Of a DNA stretch of 64,000 nucleotides, positions 19,700 to 28,062 are shown piece by piece (position 1 is the first letter of the stretch; each line of letters opens with the position of its first letter). The position numbers and the translations under genes were made by a program. The notes below the pieces were generated by a model, which was not told where the DNA came from, did no database searches, and saw only the letters and a program-made list of their open reading frames with translations. Origin of the DNA: an uncultured Treponema sp. (GTDB lineage Bacteria > Spirochaetota > Spirochaetia > Treponematales > Treponemataceae); NCBI GenBank assembly GCA_946535985.1, contig CAMNDY010000005.1, forward strand, positions 4,533 to 68,532. The letters run 5' to 3'.

Positions 19700-20775
19700 T
19701 ACTTTATCTCCGCAACAAACCTGGTCATCCTTGTGTACAAGTCCGGGCACTCGCCAATGATAAATACAAGGGCATTTGGATACATGGTTCCGCTGAACAT
19801 ATTTGCAAAATGAGCCATGGCTTCGCGCAGCTTCTTTTCTTCAAGGAAGTTGAAATATGCAGCCAGGTTCTTAGCCATAAGACCTTTTTCATTGTCTCCG
19901 TATTTGTCGCTTTCGAGGTAAACAAAAACTGCATCGTTGATTGTTGCAAACTGAGGAGTCTTGTAGGTCTCCAGCTTGAGTCTGTTAATTTCGTAGTTAC
20001 CTAGCAAGAGTTCCTTTGCTGTCAAAAGATGATTCTGATCCAGAAACTCAATGAATCGGTTTGCCGCAACACTACCGACAATTCCCGCAATTATACTTTT
20101 GTGCGCCTGAGTCAAAACATCTTTGCCGCTAATAATTTCTGAAACACGAACCCAGGCACGACGGTCCGGAGTTTTTTCAAGGTTTTCCATATCTTCAATG
20201 GCCATCTGGTTATCAAGAGCCTTAGGGTTTGCTGCAATGTAACTTGTAATGCGTTCATCGACCCCATTCTTGTTTGCCCACAAAAGCCAGTCCTGAACAC
20301 TTGGAACAAACTCGTAAATATTAAAACGACTTACGAGCGCCGGGTCCAAATCCGTCAACTGATATTCCTCACCATTGTTTACTGCAGAAATAATCCGGCT
20401 GCCTTCAGGAAGAGAACGGCCTGCAAGCTTTCGGTTCAACGCAAGATCCATGATTGTCTGCAATACTTCCGGACGCGCACGGTTCAATTCATCTAAGAAA
20501 AGTACAACCGGAGTATCATCAGTCGGGAACCAGTAAGGCGGCATAAATTCTGTGTGCCCGGTTTCTTCGTTTTTATGAGGAATACCAATAAGGTCTCCCG
20601 GATCACTCATCTGCCCCAAAAACAGCGACACAACCTTGCAGCCCTTTGAGCTATAAAATTTTTCAAGAATCTGAGACTTTCCAATTCCATGCTTTCCCAT
20701 GAGCATGATGTTTTGAGTTGCCGGAGTTTCCTCCAGGATTTGTAATAATAAATTTCCATCAATTCTTACTGCCAT
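19699..20775 (-). CDS. MoxR-like AAA ATPase
   Basis: GKHGIGKS, LFLDELNRA and LDPALVSRF motifs; adjacent to the vWA gene. Confidence 0.9.
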   Translation of the reverse strand: MAVRIDGNLLLQILEETPATQNIMLMGKHGIGKSQILEKFYSSKGCKVVSLFLGQMSDPGDLIGIPHKNEETGHTEFMPPYWFPTDDTPVVLFLDELNRARPEVLQTIMDLALNRKLAGRSLPEGSRIISAVNNGEEYQLTDLDPALVSRFNIYEFVPSVQDWLLWANKNGVDERITSYIAANPKALDNQMAIEDMENLEKTPDRRAWVRVSEIISGKDVLTQAHKSIIAGIVGSVAANRFIEFLDQNHLLTAKELLLGNYEINRLKLETYKTPQFATINDAVFVYLESDKYGDNEKGLMAKNLAAYFNFLEEKKLREAMAHFANMFSGTMYPNALVFIIGECPDLYTRMTRFVAEIK

Positions 20776-20791
20776 AATATTCCTCCTTCCT

Positions 20792-20836
20792 GGCCCTTTA
20801 CTTCGACAAGCTCAGTACAAGCTAGCTCAGGGACCG
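20792..20836. repeat. REP-like element (CTTCGACAAGCTCAG / GCTCAGGGACC family)
   Basis: Same family as the three copies inside CDS 26006-26488. Confidence 0.6.
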
Positions 20837-20839
20837 CAT

Positions 20840-21535
20840 CTATTTCAATTGACTTAACAAAACGTCCGGGTTCTCAAGAAAATCACTGTGCAAAACACTG
20901 ACTGTTTTTCCCTTATACACCATGGACGAATAAATATTCCACTGTTTTATACTTTTAAACTTTTCATCAGTTGCCTGATAAATTGTTTTGATTGAATTCT
21001 TTGCAATTTCAATTGTTTTAAATGTAAGCTTTTTACCACTCTTCTCTACCCTTCTGAGATTCTCAAGATATGCAACATAATCTTCCAGCTTATCTCCAAA
21101 AACTTTTTCACAAAGACTTTGAAAAATCTTGCCCACAAGCTGATAGTCATCAAGAGAATACATCTTAATAAGCGGCGAATGCGGAAGCATCCTCATTGTT
21201 ATATCCTCCTTACAAATCACTATCGAAAGCTCATCGTACATAGTTTTTAAAATCCCATAATTGTGAAGCCTCACTTTCAATTCTGTTCTATTCGGTCTGT
21301 TAACCTCACCTAACTCCAATTTGAATTTCCGGCACTCATCTTTTATAAGATTCTGCAGGTACAGGACAACCTCCGTAAAATCCACATCCTGCCTTACCAG
21401 AAAAAAATCTGCCTGAAAGGTATGCTCCTTCAAAATATCCCGGAACAAAGCCTGCCAGAATTCTGTCTGAATTTTTGAATACAAATCCGTTTGTTCAGCC
21501 TTAATAGCCTGAGCAAGTTGTTTCGCATTCATCAT
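20840..21535 (-). CDS. Hypothetical protein
   Basis: 231-aa ORF; distant resemblance to the upstream ORF. Confidence 0.7.
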   Translation of the reverse strand: MMNAKQLAQAIKAEQTDLYSKIQTEFWQALFRDILKEHTFQADFFLVRQDVDFTEVVLYLQNLIKDECRKFKLELGEVNRPNRTELKVRLHNYGILKTMYDELSIVICKEDITMRMLPHSPLIKMYSLDDYQLVGKIFQSLCEKVFGDKLEDYVAYLENLRRVEKSGKKLTFKTIEIAKNSIKTIYQATDEKFKSIKQWNIYSSMVYKGKTVSVLHSDFLENPDVLLSQLK

Positions 21536-22251
21536 ACCGCTTCCTCTGTATTCAAAAGCTCTTCTTCTGAACGAGTGCAGCTTATTACATCTTCCACTTT
21601 TAATTCACGCGGATTATTCAAAAGATCAATCAAAAGCAAAGTATCTTTTATAAATGGCTTATGATACAGCTCAATTTGATAAACCTTCTTGTCTGAAGCC
21701 TGGAAAATAATTTCACTTGTGAGTCGGTTCTGGTTGAGTTTGTAGGGTAACTCCTTTTTTCCAAGAACCGAAACACAAAGAGAATTAATTGAAGTTTTTA
21801 CAATCTGCGCAGATTTTGTATTTAAATAGAATTTCTGCCTCACCTGCTCTACTTTTTTACTGAGTGGTTTTACATCAATTGCAAGGTAATCCCGAATCCA
21901 CTTGAGCCCACCTTTAAATTGCAAGCACGTAAAATTCTTTGTACTTATGTGTGGTGCCGAAATTGAAAAATCGCCCGTATCTTTTTCCAGACCAATGTAA
22001 ATTGGATACGGAGTAAGCGAAATATAAAAATGTTCATTATGAGAAAACGCCGAACACTTAAGTCCATTCTCGTTAGCAATCTTTTTGACTTCTTTACGAA
22101 AATCACTGATTGCCTGGGATGCAGAAACATCAGGAAAAAGCTCACATCCAGTCTGCTTACGCATAAGCTCCTGATAAGCCTGCTTCCAGAACTCTCCTGA
22201 GATACGATAAATGATTTCATTCAATTCAACACATGGTTCATTATCATTCAT
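21532..22251 (-). CDS. Hypothetical protein
   Basis: 239-aa ORF with a 4-nt overlap; first gene after the regulon site at 22276. Confidence 0.7.
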   Translation of the reverse strand: MNDNEPCVELNEIIYRISGEFWKQAYQELMRKQTGCELFPDVSASQAISDFRKEVKKIANENGLKCSAFSHNEHFYISLTPYPIYIGLEKDTGDFSISAPHISTKNFTCLQFKGGLKWIRDYLAIDVKPLSKKVEQVRQKFYLNTKSAQIVKTSINSLCVSVLGKKELPYKLNQNRLTSEIIFQASDKKVYQIELYHKPFIKDTLLLIDLLNNPRELKVEDVISCTRSEEELLNTEEAV

Positions 22252-22275
22252 ACGTATTAATATAGTTTGTTACAC

Positions 22276-22290
22276 TCTCATTTAATGATA
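22276..22290 (-). promoter_or_regulatory. Regulon site TATCA-N5-TGAGAG-N10-TATATT (minus strand)
   Basis: Exact motif; ATG lies 7 nt after the -10. Confidence 0.75.
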
Positions 22291-22329
22291 TTCAGAAAAA
22301 TTTTTTCACTTTTTTTTACTTTTTAGATC

Positions 22330-22410
22330 TGCAAAAATGTGTAAAAACACTTTAATTTCGTTGCAAAAATGTGTAAAAATACTTGTTAAAACATTGCAAA
22401 AATGTGTAAA
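22330..22410 (+). repeat. Three direct repeats TGCAAAAATGTGTAAA, period 32-33 nt
   Basis: Copies at 22330, 22362 and 22395, directly upstream of the DUF4143 ATPase. Confidence 0.85.
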
Positions 22411-22430
22411 TATGGTATAAAATAATATCT

Positions 22431-23720
22431 ATGGAACGTAATGCCATACAAAAACTCTTAGAATGGAAGACATCTTCTCGAAGAAAACCTCTTGTATTAA
22501 AAGGTGCACGTCAGGTGGGAAAAACCTGGCTTATGAAAGAATTTGGAAAAAGATATTATACAAAAACTTTTTATTTTTCTTTTGACGCAGAAACAAGCCT
22601 TCATGAAGTTTTTAAAGTAAACAAAGATCCTCGTAGAATTGTTGAAATACTTGGTACCATCAGGGGCGATAAAATTCTTCCGGGAGAACATCTGATTATA
22701 TTTGATGAAATTCAGGAATGTGCAGAAGCTTTGAATTCACTTAAATATTTTAATGAAGATGCTAACGAATATCATATAATTGCAGCAGGAAGTCTTTTAG
22801 GCACTCTACTTGCAAAACCCATGTCATATCCTGTAGGAAAAGTAAATCTTCTTGAAATATATCCTATGAATTTCGATGAATTTTTAAATGCCACAGATTC
22901 AGATTTGTATAAATATTTAGAAAAGACCCCTCCGGCAGAAATTTTAAAAATACAGCATGATAAACTTATCGAACAGTATCGGAATTATCTTATTATTGGA
23001 GGTATGCCAGATTGTGTTTCTTCCTGGATACAGGATAGAAACTCCGGAACTGTTTTACAAATTCAAAAAGATCTTCTTGAATTATATGAAAATGATATAT
23101 CTAAGCATAATGGAAAAATTGATGCAGGAAGAATCCTGCTTGTTTTCCGAAGTCTTGTAACTCAGCTTTCTAAAGAAAATGAAAAATTTATTTACGGATG
23201 TGTAAAACAAGGAGCTCGTGCCCGCGAATTTGAAGTGGCTATAGAATGGCTCGTAAGTGCAGGTCTTGTTCTTCGTGTTTATGATGTAAAAAAGCCTGAA
23301 CACCCGTTAAAAGCTTTTGAGGATCTTTCAAGTTTTAAACTCTTCTTTTTTGATGTTGGATTGGCAAAGTGTGCAGCAGGTGTAAGTAACGAAGCAATCA
23401 TATTGAATACAGACTTTCAGTTTAAAGGTCCTCTCACAGAAAATTATTGTCTTGAGCAGTTTCAGGGGCTTTTTGAAGTCTTCCCTCATTATTTTTCACC
23501 ATTAAGAAATTACGAAGTAGATTTTCTTTTACAGAATGAAACACAGATAATCCCGGTTGAATGTAAGGCAGGAGGAAATGTAACTTCTGCAAGTTTTAAA
23601 CGCTACAGAAACGAAGAAAACCCGGCTTTGGCAATAAGGCTTTCTACCCTTGAATACAAAAAACAGGAAAACATGTTAAACCTTCCCCTTTATCTGGCAT
23701 GTCGAATTAGCAGAATATAA
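22431..23720 (+). CDS. AAA_14 ATPase with DUF4143 domain
   Basis: GARQVGKT, FDEIQ, IGGMP and EVDFLL...IPVECK motifs. Confidence 0.9.
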   Translation: MERNAIQKLLEWKTSSRRKPLVLKGARQVGKTWLMKEFGKRYYTKTFYFSFDAETSLHEVFKVNKDPRRIVEILGTIRGDKILPGEHLIIFDEIQECAEALNSLKYFNEDANEYHIIAAGSLLGTLLAKPMSYPVGKVNLLEIYPMNFDEFLNATDSDLYKYLEKTPPAEILKIQHDKLIEQYRNYLIIGGMPDCVSSWIQDRNSGTVLQIQKDLLELYENDISKHNGKIDAGRILLVFRSLVTQLSKENEKFIYGCVKQGARAREFEVAIEWLVSAGLVLRVYDVKKPEHPLKAFEDLSSFKLFFFDVGLAKCAAGVSNEAIILNTDFQFKGPLTENYCLEQFQGLFEVFPHYFSPLRNYEVDFLLQNETQIIPVECKAGGNVTSASFKRYRNEENPALAIRLSTLEYKKQENMLNLPLYLACRISRI

Positions 23721-23735
23721 AAAATATTTAACAAA

Positions 23736-23767
23736 TCTCATCACATGACACACTCCTTTGCTACACT
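23736..23767 (+). promoter_or_regulatory. Regulon site TCTCA-N5-TGACAC-N10-TACACT
   Basis: Motif variant with conserved spacing. Confidence 0.6.
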
Positions 23768-23798
23768 ATATTAGTAAAAGAAGCACAAGGAGAATTAC

Positions 23799-24539
23799 AT
23801 GACAATTATCAATTCCGAAAAATGCACCATAATCCAAGGGAGCGAATTTGGGCTGCCTTGCAATCTGCTTGGAGGGTCTGGGGTAAGACCATTTGGAACA
23901 ATCCATTTAGAAAACCGCAGAAATCATACAAGCGAATATGATTCTTCTGCAGAGCTTTGTATGAAAATCAGCAATTCAAAGCTTTTAGACACAGATGATA
24001 AATGTATTTTTTCGACGGAAGAATTAAATAAGATAAAAAAATTTGTTTCCCAGAATAAAGAGCTCCTCAAAGATTTTAATAAAGGATATTTAACCGGAAA
24101 AGGATTTCTTCATACTATAAGGAAAAAATACGCTCGCCAGGGAAATTCAATCAGCTGGAAAGAGCTTGTTTTTGTACAATATGATATTCCCTTAAATGTG
24201 AGCTACTGGGCAAAGGATTACACTATAAAATACAAATCAAAATTTGGGATTCTAAAATACGGCATGCACATGCTATACATGATGCCAAAAGCTTACACCC
24301 AGGAAAGTATAATTGAAATTTGTAAAGCTCAATGGCCTTGTTTAATTAAAGCAGAAAATTATATAGAAAAAAACTATGCTCTTCTTGAAACAGAGATTCT
24401 AAAACTTAAGGAATCAAACCCCGATTCAATTTTTTCTCTAACTCATGAATGGGTAACCAAACATGTTACCGAAGACCATATTTCACAAATTATAAAAAAC
24501 TATCTGACCGACAGGACAAATAATCAGCTGGAAAAATGA
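23799..24539 (+). CDS. Hypothetical protein
   Basis: 246-aa ORF with an AGGAG RBS. Confidence 0.65.
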   Translation: MTIINSEKCTIIQGSEFGLPCNLLGGSGVRPFGTIHLENRRNHTSEYDSSAELCMKISNSKLLDTDDKCIFSTEELNKIKKFVSQNKELLKDFNKGYLTGKGFLHTIRKKYARQGNSISWKELVFVQYDIPLNVSYWAKDYTIKYKSKFGILKYGMHMLYMMPKAYTQESIIEICKAQWPCLIKAENYIEKNYALLETEILKLKESNPDSIFSLTHEWVTKHVTEDHISQIIKNYLTDRTNNQLEK

Positions 24540-24885
24540 TGTAACAGTTTTGTTATCTAAAACCTGTCATTCCCGTGCTTGACACGGGAATCTCTTTTTA
24601 GTACGGATTGTCGGGTCAAGCCCGACAATGACATATGACATCAGATGTAACACTTCTGTTATCTGATTCAAATTATGTAACAGTTCTGTTATCTAAAAAC
24701 CTCGTCATTGCGAGCGCAGAGCGGTAATCCAGGTACATACAGGCCTTTTTATTTGTGGATTGCCGCATCGTTCCACTCCTCCTAATGACGGGGGTAGGGG
24801 TTATGTAACACTTCTGTTATCCAACACTTGTTTATGTAACAGTTTTGTTATCCAGGCACAAATATGTAACACTTCTGTTATCCAA
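24539..24885 (+). repeat. Iteron cluster 1: six copies of ATGTAACA(G/C)TT(T/C)TGTTATC
   Basis: Copies near 24539, 24645, 24675, 24803, 24833 and 24864, interspersed with REP-like hairpins. Confidence 0.85.
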
Positions 24886-25009
24886 AGGCCTTTTTCCCGC
24901 TAACCCCAAATCCGCAAATAACGCCAAAAAACAGGGGGTAATGGGGCAGGGTGACATATTACTCAAAAAAAAATTTTCGACGCGTCTACGCGAATCCTAG
25001 AGCGGGTTC

Positions 25010-25195
25010 AAAAAGATTAGATTTTTTCTAATCTTTCTAATCTATTTTCTAACTTTTCTAATCTTTTAGCCTTGCTTTTTTCTTATTTTTTCTCTATACT
25101 TTTTTCTAATCTTGCTAAACAATATTTTTAGAAAGTTTAGAAAAATAACATTTTTTATTTGCTTTTTTCTAAAAAATATGATTAGATATTAGAAG
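25010..25195. repeat. TTTCTAA(T)CT / AGATTAG short-repeat tract, candidate parS-like centromere or par promoter operator
   Basis: Many TTCTAA units in both orientations directly upstream of parA. Confidence 0.55.
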
Positions 25196-25229
25196 GGACA
25201 AAAAAACATACATTTTTGAGGTGGGACAT

Positions 25230-25982
25230 ATGAAAAAAATCGCTGTAGCTATCCAGAAGGGTGGTGTAGGTAAAACTACAATGAGCCTTTCTCTTGCAGC
25301 AGAACTTGCAAATCAGAAGAAGAAGGTACTGCTTGTAGATGCAGATCCACAGGGCAACTCTACAGGAACTCTTCTTGAATCCTTTGAACATGACTTAGCA
25401 GAAGCTCTTTATGGGGATGTAACCGTAGACGAGGTTATCTGCCCAACTTCTGTTGATAATCTTTATATCATTCCAACCAATTCCATTGACCGCAAAGGTA
25501 GCCGCTCTCTTAAAACCTACAGAGCAAGCGAAGCTTCTAAAGAGCCATTTATCTTTGTCGACCTTTGCGAAGAAGTTGAAAAGCTTGGCTTTGATTATTG
25601 TATTTTTGATACATCCCCTGCTTTTGACGCCTTTGAAGAAAACATCATGACCGCCAGCGACGAAGTAATCGTAGTTATAAAGGCAGATGCTTATTCCCAG
25701 GACGGACTTCAGATTTTCAAAGAAAACCTTGACGGCTTTAAAAAACGCAAGCGTGTACAAAATCCAAAGTTCGAAATTATCGTCCTCAACGAAATAAACA
25801 AAACAATCAAGCTTACAGACATCATTCAAAAAGGTCTTAAAGCCGGAGACTTTAAGGTTGTATATGTTCCTGTAGATCAGGATTTTAAGTATGCAACAAT
25901 CGCCCGTCAGACAATTCAGCAGCGCGGTGGAAAACCAGAAACCCGCGAAGCCCTCAAAAAGCTTGCCAAGCTTGTTAAATAA
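25230..25982 (+). CDS. parA: ParA family partition ATPase (type Ib, no N-terminal HTH)
   Basis: [17 protein letters not shown] and IFDTSP motifs. Confidence 0.93.
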   Translation: MKKIAVAIQKGGVGKTTMSLSLAAELANQKKKVLLVDADPQGNSTGTLLESFEHDLAEALYGDVTVDEVICPTSVDNLYIIPTNSIDRKGSRSLKTYRASEASKEPFIFVDLCEEVEKLGFDYCIFDTSPAFDAFEENIMTASDEVIVVIKADAYSQDGLQIFKENLDGFKKRKRVQNPKFEIIVLNEINKTIKLTDIIQKGLKAGDFKVVYVPVDQDFKYATIARQTIQQRGGKPETREALKKLAKLVK

Positions 25983-26005
25983 ACAAAGGATCAGGAGGTT
26001 TTACT

Positions 26006-26488
26006 ATGCCAATAGCAAGAAAAATTGATAAGGATATTCCAAAAGACTTTCTTAACCAGATGAAAACTAATCTTAAGAAATCACCAGTAGTTGTAGAAGA
26101 AGAACCACCGGTGCAGGTTGTGGCAACCAGTGCGGCCCTTCGACAAGCTCAGGAACCGCAGGCCTCTGTGGTCCCTGAGGCTCTCGAAGGGCCACAATCA
26201 CCAACCAGCACTATGCAATCAACCAGGGCCCCTTCGACAGGCTCAGGGACCACGGTTACAGCAGGGACCCCAATAGCAAACATCCTTCCCGTAAAAACCG
26301 ACAAATATGCCGATGTAATGAATATCCGCCTGTCCAAAGGCCGCAGAAACGAAATAAAGGCCTTTTGTTCAAGCAACGGCGTAACAGTAACTCAGTACAT
26401 AGAATCCTCCTTTGAGTTTTTATCGCGGGAAGTAGCCGCAGGAAACATTTCGCTTTCTAAAGGCGGAATCACAAAGAAACAGATATAA
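26006..26488 (+). CDS. Small ParG/ribbon-helix-helix-like partition partner with in-frame REP insertions
   Basis: Follows parA. C-terminal VMNIRLSKGRRNEIKAFCSSNGVTVTQYIE resembles an RHH domain; the low-complexity middle is encoded by REP copies. Confidence 0.65.
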   Translation: MPIARKIDKDIPKDFLNQMKTNLKKSPVVVEEEPPVQVVATSAALRQAQEPQASVVPEALEGPQSPTSTMQSTRAPSTGSGTTVTAGTPIANILPVKTDKYADVMNIRLSKGRRNEIKAFCSSNGVTVTQYIESSFEFLSREVAAGNISLSKGGITKKQI

Positions 26489-26508
26489 AAAGTATCCGGG
26501 TGGGAATC

Positions 26509-27510
26509 ATGGGAAAAAAAATAAAACAGGAAAATGCTTTAATTCCATTAGACGACTACGAAAATCAGCTTTTCGAATCTCTGGAAAAAAGTAAAGGAAA
26601 CAATCAGCTGTCGCTAAGCTATATACCAAGCTTTTTTACAACAGCCTCCTTGCCTTTTAAAAATCTAAATAAAACAGAATTTATCCGCAAGGCCAGCAAC
26701 GGCATTTCGCTCTTTTTAAACTCGCCTACAAACGTTCCCTATGGCCGCTACGGACGCCTTTTGCTCAGCGTATTCACAACCCACGCCGTAGTATCAAAAG
26801 AAAAAAACGCCCCCGTAATAATAGAGTTCGACTCCATGTCCGACCTATTAAAAGAAATGCAGCTTCCCCGCCAGAGAGGCAAAGACATAAAAGAGCAGCT
26901 CGAATGTTTTAAACGCGCAACTTTCTCATTTGAACTCAAGGTAGAAGAACAGCAGCAGGCCCATCTTTTCGAAAATCTCTATGCCCCCGGCGAAAAACTC
27001 CCCAAAGGCGAAGTAACCGTGCGCACAACCTCAACCGGAACAATCCTTTTTACCGAAGGAGTTCAGTTTCAGGAAATAATAGACGACAAAACAACCCGCA
27101 TAGGTAAATTCAAAGTAGTGCTTTCTGCCAATTTTGCAGGCTTCTGTCAGCAGCATGCCGTACCAATCAATTACACCGTTTATAAAGACATAGCAAGTCC
27201 CGCCGGCAAAGACATTTACGCCTGGCTCGTTTACCGCAACAACGGCATCAAAAAAGACAAACCCGTTTTTGTTCCAAGAAACAAACTAATTGAACAGTTC
27301 ATGCCGGTAGGGGAGGATTCCGATCCAAAAATCGCCAACGTAAATTATTCAAGAATCATAGAACAGATAAAGGAGATAAAGAAAAAGTACTATCCGGAAC
27401 TCAAGGTAGACATAGATTCATCAGGCGCCGGAATTACCCTGCACAAAAGTCCAACACCTGTATTAAAAGAAGATGTAAGATATGCCCTTATTTCTTCTCC
27501 AACAATGTAA
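26509..27510 (+). CDS. repA: Plasmid replication initiator protein RepA (RepA_C-like)
   Basis: SLPFK, VPYGRYGRLLL and DIYAWLVYR resemble RepA_C-type initiators; flanked by iterons and downstream of par genes. Confidence 0.8.
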   Translation: MGKKIKQENALIPLDDYENQLFESLEKSKGNNQLSLSYIPSFFTTASLPFKNLNKTEFIRKASNGISLFLNSPTNVPYGRYGRLLLSVFTTHAVVSKEKNAPVIIEFDSMSDLLKEMQLPRQRGKDIKEQLECFKRATFSFELKVEEQQQAHLFENLYAPGEKLPKGEVTVRTTSTGTILFTEGVQFQEIIDDKTTRIGKFKVVLSANFAGFCQQHAVPINYTVYKDIASPAGKDIYAWLVYRNNGIKKDKPVFVPRNKLIEQFMPVGEDSDPKIANVNYSRIIEQIKEIKKKYYPELKVDIDSSGAGITLHKSPTPVLKEDVRYALISSPTM

Positions 27511-27838
27511 CAGTTTTGTTATCCAAATTTCCCCCAAATTTATGTAACAGAACTGTTATCTATTCTTAGTTTTTACACAGTTTCCACAGTACTATTATTA
27601 GTTAATATATTATTAGTATAATTATTAGATATAATAGAAGAAATAACAAAAGTGTGACAGGTAGATAACAAGACTGTTACAAGCCCCATTTGCCGTGCAT
27701 TTTTCTTCTATATATTACAGAATTTCCCAAATTCAGCCAATATAACAAAACTGTTACATAAAACAAGCCTTATCCACCGCCCCCTGTGGACAAATATAAC
27801 CAAACTGTTACATATTTAGATAACAGAAGTGTTACATA
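27504..27838. other. Putative replication origin: 2 forward and 5 reverse iterons around an AT-rich segment and DnaA-box-like sites
   Basis: Forward iterons near 27505 and 27542; reverse near 27642, 27664, 27741, 27795 and 27819. AT-rich at 27590-27640; TTTCCACA, TTATCCACC and TGTGGACAA boxes. Confidence 0.8.
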
Positions 27839-27842
27839 ATTT

Positions 27843-28005
27843 GAAGGGCGTTCCCTTCGCTTTGCTCAGGTCGCTACGTTCTACGTAACCTTTGGTTACT
27901 AACGAGTTTGCTTCGCAAACATCGCGGGGTTCCGCTTTCGCTCCAGCCTCCTCAGTCGCCAGGCTCCTTGCGGTGGCCACTTCGTGCCCTGCACATCGCT
28001 AACGT
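27843..28005. repeat. GC-rich multi-hairpin intergenic element (MITE/REP-like)
   Basis: Nested hairpins such as GTAACC-TTT-GGTTAC and GTTTGC-TTC-GCAAAC; GC-rich in an AT-rich context. Confidence 0.5.
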
Positions 28006-28062
28006 TTAAAATCATCTTTTAAAGAGCTGGTCCTTTTTGTAAATTCCTGGTAAGCTGCATAT

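Noticed and set aside
14575-22251. Prophage or ICE suggested by PcfJ, XRE, MTase and MoxR/vWA
   Set aside because: No integrase, relaxase, T4SS, terminase or structural genes are seen in the window.
22330-22410. Mini-CRISPR
   Set aside because: Repeats of 16 nt with spacers of 16-17 nt are too short, and they overlap a promoter.
24539-24885. CRISPR array suggested by regularly recurring repeats
   Set aside because: Units are only about 19 nt, spacing is irregular (about 11 to 110 nt), copies recur inverted beyond repA, and there are no cas genes. Iterons explain them better.
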